Shown piece by piece: positions 1-9,310 of a stretch of DNA of 64,000 bases. The position numbers were made by a program, and so were the translations under genes. Below the pieces are notes generated by a model, which did not search any database, was not told the origin of the DNA, and worked only from the letters and a program-made list of their open reading frames with translations. This DNA is from Thermodesulfobacteriota bacterium (GTDB taxonomy: Bacteria; Desulfobacterota_D; UBA1144; Nemesobacterales; UBA2774): NCBI GenBank assembly GCA_965216785.1, contig OZ244197.1, positions 1,696,001-1,760,000 on the forward strand, in the 5' to 3' direction. Position 1 is the stretch's first letter. Every line of letters begins with the position of its first letter.

Positions 1-2198
1 GAAATAAACACGGTAAGCCCGGGCAGTCCGGTGATGCCCTTTAACACTTCTTCCGCAAGATTTATATCGAGCACGGCGCCGTCGACAATCTCAGCCTTGG
101 CGGTGCCCTTGAGAGCGGGTTTTATCTTCTCCCACTCAGTGCCGCTTCCGAATACGTTTATATCAAGATTTGCCTTCCCCTCTATATTCTGCTCGCCCCC
201 GGGGTCTCTGGAAGTAAGGAAAGTTTTCAGATCAATTCCCCTTACACTAGATATCAGCGCAAACTCGGGAGTGGGGCCCATCGTGTAGCTTGCCTTGCCG
301 CTAATAGTGCCGTCGTAGGCTTTAGTGCTGAAGCTGTTAACCCTGGCTTTATCTCCCGTAAGGCTTAAATTTGACTTCAGATCGGTAAGCTCAAAGTCCG
401 ATAACACGGCTTTTGATGAAGACACGTTACCACTGAATACGGCTGTTTTATTAGATATTCTCAGAGTGCCTTTACTCTTAAGGTTCTTAAGCACGTCGGG
501 CTTTTTGCTTTTGGAGGCCTGTTTTATCAGATCACTCAGATTGAGCTCGGGCGAGGATATCTCGTAGCTTAATCTAAGGGGCGAGAAGCTTGTGACGGAC
601 GTGCTGAGGCGCAGCTGTGATTTGCCCAAACGGAGCGACAGGTTCTGAACAGTCGCGGAATTGCCAGTGAATTCTATGTTTGTGTTTATGTCTTTAATCG
701 GTTTTTTGAAACCAGGCGGTGTCACGCTTACGTTCTTTACTTCGAGTGCGCCTCTGATGTCCGGGCTTTGTCCTTTACCCGACTCGCCCGTGACTTTTGT
801 CGGTAGCAGCTTGAGCTGACCCGATACCTCGTGCTTATTGAGAGCCGGAAATATGTCCTTCATGTCGGACAGATTAATATTATTGGAACTTAGCGATAGG
901 TTCAGTAGCGTCGTCGTGCCCTGATTTATTTGGCCTGCTAGTGATAGTAGCAGTGTGCTTAGTTTTATTTCAGTCTCGCTTATATTAATTTTGTCATTTC
1001 CTATATCCGCTCCAGTCGTGATTACAAGGGGAGTATCGCTCGGTTTAAGGAATTTGCCGATAACCGCAAGCCTAGTTGCTGTGGCGTCCACGACGATCCC
1101 GCGGAGCTTTAAGTCCTCGGGGTTGCCGGACGCTTTCCCCTTGAAGCTGATGTTCCCGTGCGAGGATAGGCTGTTGGGAATTGAGCCTTTAAGATAGGTG
1201 AGCAGTCTGAGCTTGTTTATGTCCGCGTTCTTGAGGTCGAACTCTGTATCAATATTTAAACTCTCGGTGCTTTCACCGATTGGGCCCACGCTTCCCGTGA
1301 GCTTGAAGTTGGGTTTGCTCGCTCCGAATACCGAAGCGTCCACAACTATGTCCGAAAGCGTGAGCGCTCCCGCCTTACCGCTGAATTTAAACTTCGCTTC
1401 TACGGGGCCGGAGAAGTCGAGGCCATTAGGGATTTTCTCTTTGAGCATAGGAAGGGATTTTTTTAAGGTGCTAATATTAAGATCGTTAATGCGGGCATCA
1501 CCATGAAGGGCTGCATCGCTGAAATCCATGCCGGGAGTTAGGGGGCCGATGGATGTGTCCAGCAATACGTTTTGATCTTTGGCCAGGACGGCTGCTTTCA
1601 GCTTCACCCCAATCTCTTTTTCAAAACCGAGATCTTTTATGCCAAGGTCGATCATCTCCGCCTCAAGCTCTCTGCCCTTCTCTTCATCTATGTAAGTGAC
1701 ACGCCCATTTTTAATCGCAATGTTAGAGGCGGCAATAGGAATCTCACCAATCTGATCTTCCTCATTCTTGCTGGTTTCCTCACTGCTTTTCGGGGATTTG
1801 TCTCCATTTGTAAGTGTTGAAAAATTAAAATCTCCGCTTTTATTTCGTATGACTGTGATTACGGGCTCACTCAGAATGAGTTTCGTTACTACTATCTTTT
1901 TACTAAGCAGTGGAAAGAACGCCACGTTTACCTGAATGTCTTTTGCTCTTATAAAATCGCCGTCCGAAAATTCTCTGTCATCCGATACCGAGAAGCCGCT
2001 CATCCTTATGCCGATGCCGTCAGAAAAGCCTGTCTCCACATTGCCGAAGCTAACTTTTCTGCCGAGAGACTCCTCAACCTGGGCAAGTAAGAATTCTTTG
2101 TTCTGGTTTATGAAATGGTTCAGGTTGAGTACAGCGAGCGCAAGGAGGGCTGCCAGTATTATTACAAGTACAAACAAGGCTATAAAGAATTTTTTCAT
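1..2198 (-). CDS. AsmA family protein (partial, runs off the left edge)
   Basis: Not in the ORF track, consistent with no stop inside the window. Manual translation from ATG 2198 (RBS GGAGA upstream) gives MKKFFIALFVLVIILAALLALAVLNLNHFINQNKEFLLAQVEESLGRKVSFG...FFPLLSKKIVVTKLILSEPVITVIRNKSGDFNFSTL, a typical AsmA N-terminus. I translated only the N-terminal part. Confidence 0.85.
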   Translation of the reverse strand, partial: MKKFFIALFVLVIILAALLALAVLNLNHFINQNKEFLLAQVEESLGRKVSFGNVETGFSDGIGIRMSGFSVSDDREFSDGDFIRAKDIQVNVAFFPLLSKKIVVTKLILSEPVITVIRNKSGDFNFSTLTNGDKSPKSSEETSKNEEDQIGEIPIAASNIAIKNGRVTYIDEEKGRELEAEMIDLGIKDLGFEKEIGVKLKAAVLAKDQNVLLDTSIGPLTPGMDFSDAALHGDARINDLNISTLKKSLPMLKEKIPNGLDFSGPVEAKFKFSGKAGALTLSDIVVDASVFGASKPNFKLTGSVGPIGESTESLNIDTEFDLKNADINKLRLLTYLKGSIPNSLSSHGNISFKGKASGNPEDLKLRGIVVDATATRLAVIGKFLKPSDTPLVITTGADIGNDKINISETEIKLSTLLLSLAGQINQGTTTLLNLSLSSNNINLSDMKDIFPALNKHEVSGQLKLLPTKVTGESGKGQSPDIRGALEVKNVSVTPPGFKKPIKDINTNIEFTGNSATVQNLSLRLGKSQLRLSTSVTSFSPLRLSYEISSPELNLSDLIKQASKSKKPDVLKNLKSKGTLRISNKTAVFSGNVSSSKAVLSDFELTDLKSNLSLTGDKARVNSFSTKAYDGTISGKASYTMGPTPEFALISSVRGIDLKTFLTSRDPGGEQNIEGKANLDINVFGSGTEWEKIKPALKGTAKAEIVDGAVLDINLAEEVLKGITGLPGLTVFI

Positions 2199-2365
2199 GG
2201 TTGTTTCTCCGGACAGTAGTTAGCTGTGTTAGCCCGCCCTATATTCCAAAAGCATAATTGATGAGATGTGTGAATCAATGAAAATTTTGTTTAGTTAGAA
2301 ATGCGCCGTAATTTCTACTGGTATTAATAAGGAGGCATGGGTTATTATTTTAATATGAATGGGAT

Positions 2366-2393
2366 TAGAGCTGTTTTCGTCCCCGCTCGTAAT
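2366..2393 (+). promoter_or_regulatory. Putative ECF-sigma autoregulatory promoter (TAGAGC-N16-CGTAA)
   Basis: CCCCGCTCGTAATAT upstream of the sigma gene is nearly repeated upstream of pspA; CGTA is a common ECF -10 element. Confidence 0.5.
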
Positions 2394-2431
2394 ATATTGA
2401 AGATAGTACAGAACTTGCAAAAGAGCGTCCG

Positions 2432-3070
2432 GTGATAGGACTAACTATTAACAAAGAAATCGGGGACGAGAATGCCATGCGGAAATTCCAAAATGGTGAC
2501 ACAAAGTGCTTTGACTTGCTCCTTAAGCGCCACAGCGGCGGTGTGCTCCGCTTCATAATGAAAATGACGGGTGGCAGCAAGCTTCATGCAGAGGACCTGC
2601 TACAGGAAATATTCCTTAAGGTAATAGAGCGTAAGGACCGCTACGACCCCGAGCAGAAATTCACCACCTGGCTCTACAGCATTGCGCGTAACCACTGCAT
2701 AGATTATCTGAGGACCGAGAGCTACAGGAGGCACCGCTCGCTTGACTCGCCGATAAACAGTGCGGAAGAAAGGGGGGCAGTAGTTCTCGAAATTGTGAAG
2801 AGCGACACGAGAGCCCAGGATGAGGAAGCGTATGATAAAGAGCTAAGGGAGTTAATAGATATAGGCGTAAAGGGACTTAAGGAAGAGTTTAGAGAAGTGT
2901 TTTTACTCCGTGAGGTTGAAGGGCTCTCATTTCAGGAAATCGCGGAGATTACGGAATCTCCTCTGGGCACAGTTAAGAGCAGGCTCCGTTACGCTTTTCA
3001 ATATTTGAGGCGCATATTATCGGAGTCCGGATACTTTGAGCAGAAACAAAAAGCGAAAGAGGGAGTATAA
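2432..3070 (+). CDS. ECF RNA polymerase sigma-70 factor
   Basis: Region 2 motifs AEDLLQEIFLKV and FTTWLYSIARNHCIDYLR; region 4 motif GLSFQEIAEI...LGTVKSRL. Start uncertain (GTG 2432). Confidence 0.95.
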   Translation: MIGLTINKEIGDENAMRKFQNGDTKCFDLLLKRHSGGVLRFIMKMTGGSKLHAEDLLQEIFLKVIERKDRYDPEQKFTTWLYSIARNHCIDYLRTESYRRHRSLDSPINSAEERGAVVLEIVKSDTRAQDEEAYDKELRELIDIGVKGLKEEFREVFLLREVEGLSFQEIAEITESPLGTVKSRLRYAFQYLRRILSESGYFEQKQKAKEGV

Positions 3071-3076
3071 ATAGTT

Positions 3077-4153
3077 ATGGAATGTAAAGAATGCAGCGGG
3101 CTACTGATCGATTATCTTGAGGACCTCCTCGGCCCCGAAGAGTCGGGCGCGCTAGAGGAGCACCTGAGCAGCTGCCCGGACTGCGCTCTTGAACTCGAGC
3201 ATTACAGGGAGATCGGCACGGCCGCGTGTGAGGGAGCTTTGCCCGAGGTATCGCAAGATGTGCTTACCTCGCTCAGCGAGGCCGCAAGGAAAAGCGCATC
3301 TCCCAAGAAAACTCCTTTCTGGAAAAAATGGTCATACTCACCGGTACTCGTGCCTACTATCAGCGCCGCCATTGCGCTATCCGTTTGGTTCTATTACGGG
3401 CAGAATGGTTTTGAAGGTGTAGACACCGTGACCAGAGAAGTGGGCGCTGTGAAAATGAGGGCTCCACAAGTACGGGAGGAGATGTTCAGTGATACTGAGG
3501 AAAAGGAAATGCTAGCAGACGAGTCTCAGGATCCTAATGAGGCGCTAATTGCAGCATCGGATTCAGAAGAAAAAGAGAAACCCACGGCTGAATCGAGGAT
3601 AGCCCCGGCATCGCCTTCAGAATTACAGACAGATAAAAAGACTTCGGAAAACGCCCCGGAAAAAAGTACACTCCGTAAAAAAGATGTAACAGAGGAAGAC
3701 TTGGTTACTTACAGAAAAGAGAAGTCTGCTTCATCCGATCTTCTCGGGCGGGAGTCCACGGAAGAGCTCCCTGCAAGGTCTTCGGATGAGGCGGCGTCAG
3801 AGAGTCTGTTAAAAGCAGAGCAGCCTATTTTGAGAGATTATGCCGCCGAGCTTGAGCTTGCACAGCGCCAGCAGAAGGAGGGCAAATGCGAGGCTTCAAT
3901 AACGACGAATAAAGCTTTACTCAATTCTTCCCCACCTCCGCCCATGGATGTACAGGCAGCCTCATATAGATCTCTTGCAGAGTGTTATGAGCAGACAGGT
4001 GATCTGCCGAGCGCTGCAGCTTCTTACAATAACCTGGCCCGGGTTGATCCTGCACAAAGCGGGTTTGTAAACGAAAAGCTTGAAGAAATGAAAATTGACT
4101 CAGCTTATATGAATTACGAAGATTCGGATTCCAGCGACAAGCCGGCAAACTGA
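3077..4153 (+). CDS. zf-HC2 (ZAS) anti-sigma factor with TM helix, acidic linker and C-terminal TPR-like domain
   Basis: HLSSCPDC (HxxxCxxC), hydrophobic segment VLVPTISAAIALSVWFYY, TPR-like ASYRSLAECYEQTGDLPSAAASY; directly follows the ECF sigma gene. Confidence 0.85.
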   Translation: MECKECSGLLIDYLEDLLGPEESGALEEHLSSCPDCALELEHYREIGTAACEGALPEVSQDVLTSLSEAARKSASPKKTPFWKKWSYSPVLVPTISAAIALSVWFYYGQNGFEGVDTVTREVGAVKMRAPQVREEMFSDTEEKEMLADESQDPNEALIAASDSEEKEKPTAESRIAPASPSELQTDKKTSENAPEKSTLRKKDVTEEDLVTYRKEKSASSDLLGRESTEELPARSSDEAASESLLKAEQPILRDYAAELELAQRQQKEGKCEASITTNKALLNSSPPPPMDVQAASYRSLAECYEQTGDLPSAAASYNNLARVDPAQSGFVNEKLEEMKIDSAYMNYEDSDSSDKPAN

Positions 4154-4219
4154 CTTTTTTAATCCAATAACACCGTAAGTTTCTACATTTATTACTGTTT
4201 GAGTAAACCCCCCGAGTTT

Positions 4220-4249
4220 TAAATCTTTCCAGGCCCCCGTTCGTAATAT
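4220..4249 (+). promoter_or_regulatory. Putative ECF promoter upstream of pspA (TAAATC-N16-CGTAA)
   Basis: CCCCGTTCGTAATAT matches the motif upstream of the sigma gene at 14/15. Confidence 0.5.
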
Positions 4250-4279
4250 CTCATAAATCTAAATTGAGGAGACACCGTT

Positions 4280-4939
4280 ATGGGATTTAAAAGACGAATA
4301 GGGTTTATAGTGAAGTCCCAGTTTAACGACTGGGTAACTCGCGCAGAGGACCCGGAGAAGATGCTTAATCAGGCGGTGGAGGAGATGGAAGAGGGCCTAG
4401 AAACCGCAAAAGCCAAGATACTGCTGATCCGTTACAGAGTGGAGGAAGAAAATAAGCTCCTTACAAAACTCACCGAGCAGATCGAGTACTGGCAGAAAAA
4501 GGCTGAGGAATACGTCGGCAAGGAAATGGACACAAATGCCAGGGAAGCTGTCAGAAAGAGACGAATTCTGGAAGAAGAGCAAAGAGTCATCTCTCTTAGA
4601 CTTACCGAAGACAAACTCAAGTTTGATGAGTACGAAGAGCGCTACACAGACCTTGAGCGCCGCGTTCGGGCTTCAAAATCGAGGAGAGAGCTTTTGCTGA
4701 AAGAGATTTCGCTAGATAAGGGTCCGTCCGAAGCAGGCGCCCCTTCAGAGTCTGCTGTATATACGGACGATCCGTTTTCGGTATTCAGCAAGATGGAAGA
4801 GAGGGTTGAGGAAGGGAGCGCATTGCGGGCCGCTTCGATGGAGAGAAAAGAAGCCGCGCTTGAGAACGAGAGCAAGCTCATAGATGAAGAGATAAATATT
4901 ATCAAAAAAAACTTGGGTAAAGGAGGTAGTAAAAAATGA
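4280..4939 (+). CDS. pspA: PspA/IM30 family protein
   Basis: N-terminus RRIGFIVKSQFNDWVTRAEDPEKMLNQAVEEME, long coiled coil, FSKMEERV motif. Confidence 0.85.
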   Translation: MGFKRRIGFIVKSQFNDWVTRAEDPEKMLNQAVEEMEEGLETAKAKILLIRYRVEEENKLLTKLTEQIEYWQKKAEEYVGKEMDTNAREAVRKRRILEEEQRVISLRLTEDKLKFDEYEERYTDLERRVRASKSRRELLLKEISLDKGPSEAGAPSESAVYTDDPFSVFSKMEERVEEGSALRAASMERKEAALENESKLIDEEINIIKKNLGKGGSKK

Positions 4940-6324
4940 AGTACGGCGTAAATACAATCATAATTGGATTATTTCTAGTTGTAGGCCTCGTGCTTGCAGG
5001 TGTTAAATATTTAGGCGCGTTCCCGACCATACCCAAGCCCTCGAATAGCGTGGCGGAGAGACTATCGTGGTTCCTTCAGCTCGACCACCCATACATTCAT
5101 AAAGGCTCTAGGGGCGAGGTGCTCTTGAACACCAGGATTGTCGGCAATGAAGCCCCGCGGATCGAAAGGGCGCCTGTCAATCTGGTGCTTGTTATAGACA
5201 GGAGCGGCTCGATGAACGAAAAGGGGAAGATCGAATACGCAAAAGAAGCCGCTAAGCAGATAATTTCGGGATTAGGTCCAGAGGACAGGCTCTCGGTAGT
5301 CGCGTACTCAACAGACGTTGAGCTTCTTTTCCCGATCCAGTTCCTTAACAACAAGGAGAGGGCAACATCTGTTGTGAACTCGCTTTACCCGACAGATTCG
5401 ACAAATCTCTCCGGGGGACTTATCACAGGTATTGGGCAGATCGAAAAGCTTCATAGGAAGGGCTATATAAACCGAGTGATACTCCTATCGGACGGGCTTG
5501 CTAACTACGGTATTACGGACATGGGACAGTTAATTAAGATCGCAAGCCAGGCGGCTGAAAAAGGTATACACGTAACGACTATGGGGCTCGGGGTTAACTA
5601 CGACGAGAATCTTTTGACGAACCTTGCGGAGTACGGGGCCGGGAATTACTACTTTGTCGAATCACCCTCTCAGCTCGCGGGGATATTCGATCAAGAGTTC
5701 GGTCAGCTTGCCTCGACCGTGGCAAAAGACCCGGTATTCACGCTCACACTCGCTCCAGGCGTCAGCGTAAGCGATGTATACGGCTATGCCTATGAGACCA
5801 CCAAGGACGGTAAAGTTCGGATTAAGCTCGGGGACTTCTACGGCGGGCAAGAGAGGAACATTCTTGTGAAACTAAATGCTCCCGCGGATAAAACGGGACA
5901 GAGCCCGCTTGCGACAGCCAGGCTAGAGTACGGAGACGTACTGGGTGATGACCAAACCCTATATCACGAAGAGAATATAAGTTATGAAGTCACAAAGGAC
6001 GCCGAGTTAGTTGCGGAAAAAGAGAATGATGAAGTTACAGCCAGGGGAGTTTCCATAGACGCGGCTACGCAGTACTACGAGGCGGCTACAGCGTATGAGA
6101 AAGGTGATCGTGAAGAGGCTTTGCGGCAGATGAACGCGGCTATGGGCAGTGTGGAGGAGCTCAAAAAATCCTCGCCAAATAGTCCTGAGGTTTTAAAACA
6201 GGAGGCCGAGATTAGAGAGGCGCTTTCTACTCTAATGATGGATTCTGCGCCCGAGCCTGCCTCTCCCGAGGGTAAGAGCTTTATTAAGGACAATAAAGCG
6301 AAAGCGAGAACAATGCAGAAGTAG
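4936..6324 (+). CDS. Membrane-anchored von Willebrand factor A domain protein (YfbK-like)
   Basis: N-terminal TM; MIDAS motif DRSGSM, STNLSGG, ILLSDGLAN, GAGNYYF; 4-bp overlap with pspA. Confidence 0.9.
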   Translation: MKYGVNTIIIGLFLVVGLVLAGVKYLGAFPTIPKPSNSVAERLSWFLQLDHPYIHKGSRGEVLLNTRIVGNEAPRIERAPVNLVLVIDRSGSMNEKGKIEYAKEAAKQIISGLGPEDRLSVVAYSTDVELLFPIQFLNNKERATSVVNSLYPTDSTNLSGGLITGIGQIEKLHRKGYINRVILLSDGLANYGITDMGQLIKIASQAAEKGIHVTTMGLGVNYDENLLTNLAEYGAGNYYFVESPSQLAGIFDQEFGQLASTVAKDPVFTLTLAPGVSVSDVYGYAYETTKDGKVRIKLGDFYGGQERNILVKLNAPADKTGQSPLATARLEYGDVLGDDQTLYHEENISYEVTKDAELVAEKENDEVTARGVSIDAATQYYEAATAYEKGDREEALRQMNAAMGSVEELKKSSPNSPEVLKQEAEIREALSTLMMDSAPEPASPEGKSFIKDNKAKARTMQK

Positions 6325-6339
6325 AACGGCAACCCATGC

Positions 6340-6389
6340 AAAAGAGCGGGGGAGCGCGGTTGTGAGACCTAGCCTCCCCGCTCGTTTTA
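6340..6389 (+). terminator. Putative intrinsic terminator after VWA gene
   Basis: GAGCGGGGGAG...CTCCCCGCTC imperfect stem followed by GTTTTAT. Confidence 0.45.
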
Positions 6390-6411
6390 TACATTAAGTC
6401 AGGAGAGTAAG

Positions 6412-7026
6412 ATGAAAGTCCATATAAAACCTCTTTTAGCCCGCGGCGTCTTAGGTGGTGTCTGGGGCCTGGCGGCGGTTCTCGCCGCGTACATGTTTGA
6501 CGCATGGCTCCCGATGTTCTCACTTCTTTTTTATCCGCTGATATTCGCGGGCGCTGTGCCTCTAGCGATTCTATTCTCCGGGAAGAACGTACCAGTTCAT
6601 CGGGCCGTGTCTGTCGGTTTAATCTCAGGGCTAATTTACCAGCTACTCTCACCCATATTCCCGCTCATAGCCTCAGTACTTGCCGGGGCCTCGCTCGGCG
6701 GGGGGTTAACCTGCAATACCGAAAAACCAGGTGAGCTGCTCGGGCTTTTGTGGAATACCCTTAAAGGCTCGGTAATTTTGCCCTTAGTTATTATTACCGG
6801 CTCGTTTATAGGCGGGTCTCTCTATATCCTCACTGAATCACCATTAGTCCACTGGTTCTTCTGGGGTTTGTGGGCCGTGATCGGCTTTACGTTTATCCCT
6901 TGCAATGGTGTAAGGGACAAAGATAGTTTTTGTGAGCCATTAAGACATAGGGGGATTGATGAATTTAAAGAGGACGCAAGGGATATAGCGAGGGAACTCT
7001 CCAAGCTGAACAATAATCTCAACTAA
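6412..7026 (+). CDS. Hypothetical multi-pass membrane protein
   Basis: About 6 Gly-rich hydrophobic helices; RBS AGGAG. Confidence 0.75.
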   Translation: MKVHIKPLLARGVLGGVWGLAAVLAAYMFDAWLPMFSLLFYPLIFAGAVPLAILFSGKNVPVHRAVSVGLISGLIYQLLSPIFPLIASVLAGASLGGGLTCNTEKPGELLGLLWNTLKGSVILPLVIITGSFIGGSLYILTESPLVHWFFWGLWAVIGFTFIPCNGVRDKDSFCEPLRHRGIDEFKEDARDIARELSKLNNNLN

Positions 7027-7166
7027 AACAGCGTGTTGAGATTATCCCGAATGCTCTTATTAACTAGCCAATAACTTAAGTGTGTTGGTATACACAATTA
7101 AAGTTTTGCTCAAGGTATTCCATCTCTTACGAAAATGCTGTACAATTAGAGAAAGGAGGATGTAGG

Positions 7167-7859
7167 ATGAATCTCGCAATCAGGTTTTTTCTAGCAATAT
7201 TCGTATTCACAATCTTAGGTATTGTTACCAATATACTTTCGGTCTCGGCCCAGGAAGAGACTATTGATGTAGAAGAAGTGCTCGAGGTTAAAGAGCCCGA
7301 GATTGGGCCCGACCCCCAGCGCCTCTTCTGCGCGAAGGAGTGGACCGACTTGTATAAGAGGCGGAAGGCGGAGATACGAGTTACCACAAGGGGACAGTAT
7401 AACGAGATAGCTGTGTTTGACTGTCCGGACTGCAGCCTTGAAGAGCATTTCGTAGAACCTTTTCTCGAGACCGAGTACAGGGGTAAGACCGGGATGATGC
7501 GTCTTTACGAATGCGGATTCAAGACGGCGGTTTTCGAAGGCTTCCGGGGGACACAGGACATTGAGGTGGAAGTGCCGCAGGTATTCCCCAATCCCGAAAG
7601 GGCCCGGTGCGCGGCAGAGTGGAGCAGTCAGTACGAGAAATATCACTCGCCTGTAAAAGTATCTACCAGGGGGGAGCTGGACGAGATAATTGTGTTTAGC
7701 TGTTATTACTGTACATCTCAGAAAGGCTTCATCGCCCCGTTCCTGCTTCAGACTCATCAGGATAAAACCGCCATGCAGAGGATGCTACGCTGCGGTTATA
7801 CAGAGGTGCTTTTCACGACCCCCGACGGATCTAAGGAAGTCATTAAGAAGGTCCGGTAG
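7167..7859 (+). CDS. Exported hypothetical protein with two tandem Cys-containing repeats
   Basis: Strong RBS AAAGGAGG before ATG 7167; signal peptide ending VSA-QEE; two ~85-aa repeats (RxxCAxEW...TRG..EIxVFxCxxC...PFL...KTxMxRxxxCG). Confidence 0.8.
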   Translation: MNLAIRFFLAIFVFTILGIVTNILSVSAQEETIDVEEVLEVKEPEIGPDPQRLFCAKEWTDLYKRRKAEIRVTTRGQYNEIAVFDCPDCSLEEHFVEPFLETEYRGKTGMMRLYECGFKTAVFEGFRGTQDIEVEVPQVFPNPERARCAAEWSSQYEKYHSPVKVSTRGELDEIIVFSCYYCTSQKGFIAPFLLQTHQDKTAMQRMLRCGYTEVLFTTPDGSKEVIKKVR

Positions 7860-8045
7860 AGCGGAGACCCACAGATACGCCGGTGCTTTACTCTTGCCTC
7901 TGTCGTTATATTTTTACCCCGGCATCGCTGTGAAGCACTTGTCTCTGTCCCCATTATTCCTACCTCGTATTGTAATAACTATTAAATCTGGCACAATTCT
8001 TTTCGAGACTAATCTTTTCTAGAAAAAAGGACGGGCTATAAAAGA

Positions 8046-8255
8046 ATGAGCACTGTAGGTACTTTTCCCTTTGGATGGGTCAGGGGTGTGCGAAGCGACA
8101 ACTGGCAGCTGATCTGGGACCCGAAGACTAATACTCTCACAGCTAAAGGCGCTTCCACCAAGGAGGTGCTGGAGCTGGGTCAGTCTTCCAGCTGGAAAGA
8201 TGCCAAGGCGCTTGCTGATGAGATCATAAATGATCCCGCCCCTTACTTTAAATAA
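8046..8255 (+). CDS. Small hypothetical protein (69 aa)
   Basis: Fills an intergenic gap with protein-like composition; no recognised motif. Confidence 0.65.
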   Translation: MSTVGTFPFGWVRGVRSDNWQLIWDPKTNTLTAKGASTKEVLELGQSSSWKDAKALADEIINDPAPYFK

Positions 8256-8388
8256 TGTGTTATACCTCACGATTATCTCAACTCTGCGGTCATCAACTGA
8301 ACTTTAACAATATATATTGGGTTTTGGATTGCAAAAATTTCATCTCAGGTTAGTTTATTTATTCGATTAATATACTTCAGGCGAGATC

Positions 8389-9297
8389 ATGAAAATGGAC
8401 TATATGGACCAGGAGTTGGTGTCTATACCGTTCGGTAAGAGTAAGATAGACGGTATTTACTACCACAGCAGATTTAAAGAAGGCAATCGGGCCGACGGTA
8501 ACACTATTGTGATCCATGTGCACGGGTTTTTGGGTAATTTCCTGGATGGAAGCCAGCGTTTTCTTCCTCCTATTCTTGCAGAAGGGGGGTATTCCTCTCT
8601 AGCCATCAATACCCGGATGGCTAACTTCGGATTGTTCTTTGGCTACGGTATTTTAAACGATACGATCCCGCAGATAGACAGAGTGGTTGAGTATGCCATG
8701 GAGCTTGGATACAAAAATATCATATTGTCGGGATACAGTCTCGGGACAAGTATCATCTTAAGATACGCGTCCCTGAGGAGCGATCCAAGGAAGACTCATA
8801 ATATAAGCGGCATAATAACGCTTGCAGCTCCTTATTCAATGCCGGACTCGATCCGCAGACGGTGGGATTATTGGGGCAGCGAGCCTTCTTATCAAGAGGT
8901 TTTTGAAGAGGCAAAAGACATCATCAAGCCCGGGCTCGAAGGCACGGGACAAGACCGTACCATACTGATATACAAAGCACGGGGAAACACATACTGTCCG
9001 GAACACACCGAGATATACACATACAGGACATGGTGGCACCTTGCGGGGCCCGAAGCCAAATATGCCATGGCTTACAAAAAAATTCAGAATATAAAAGTCC
9101 CGATTTTGCTTATTCAAGGATGGCATGATCAGGTGGTGAGGCACGAAGAAGCGCAGCAGCTTGCTCAGCTCGCACTAAGCGCCGGGAATAAAGACGTTTC
9201 CGCGTTTTACGTAAACGCTGGTCACTCGTTCGAAGATAAAGAGGAAGAGCTCGGAGATATAATAGTGAGATGGCTGGACCGAAGATTTAAAGACTGA
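8389..9297 (+). CDS. Alpha/beta hydrolase
   Basis: HVHGFLGNF, nucleophile elbow GYSLG, LLIQGWHD, AGHSF. Confidence 0.88.
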   Translation: MKMDYMDQELVSIPFGKSKIDGIYYHSRFKEGNRADGNTIVIHVHGFLGNFLDGSQRFLPPILAEGGYSSLAINTRMANFGLFFGYGILNDTIPQIDRVVEYAMELGYKNIILSGYSLGTSIILRYASLRSDPRKTHNISGIITLAAPYSMPDSIRRRWDYWGSEPSYQEVFEEAKDIIKPGLEGTGQDRTILIYKARGNTYCPEHTEIYTYRTWWHLAGPEAKYAMAYKKIQNIKVPILLIQGWHDQVVRHEEAQQLAQLALSAGNKDVSAFYVNAGHSFEDKEEELGDIIVRWLDRRFKD

Positions 9298-9310
9298 CGA
9301 CCCTACTCAT

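Noticed and set aside
31-2223. Six plus-strand ORFs of 80-102 aa
   Set aside because: Antisense shadows of the long minus-strand AsmA gene; Ser/Leu-rich with no motifs.
6376-6390. Third copy of CCCCGCTCGT upstream of the membrane-protein gene
   Set aside because: Lacks the AATAT continuation and is explained as the 3' arm of a terminator hairpin.
7080-7166. Longer N-terminus for the repeat protein given in the ORF track
   Set aside because: The strong RBS and signal peptide point to ATG 7167.
7989-8004. TGGCACAATTCTTTT as a sigma54 promoter
   Set aside because: Good -24 element, but the -12 position is TT rather than GC.
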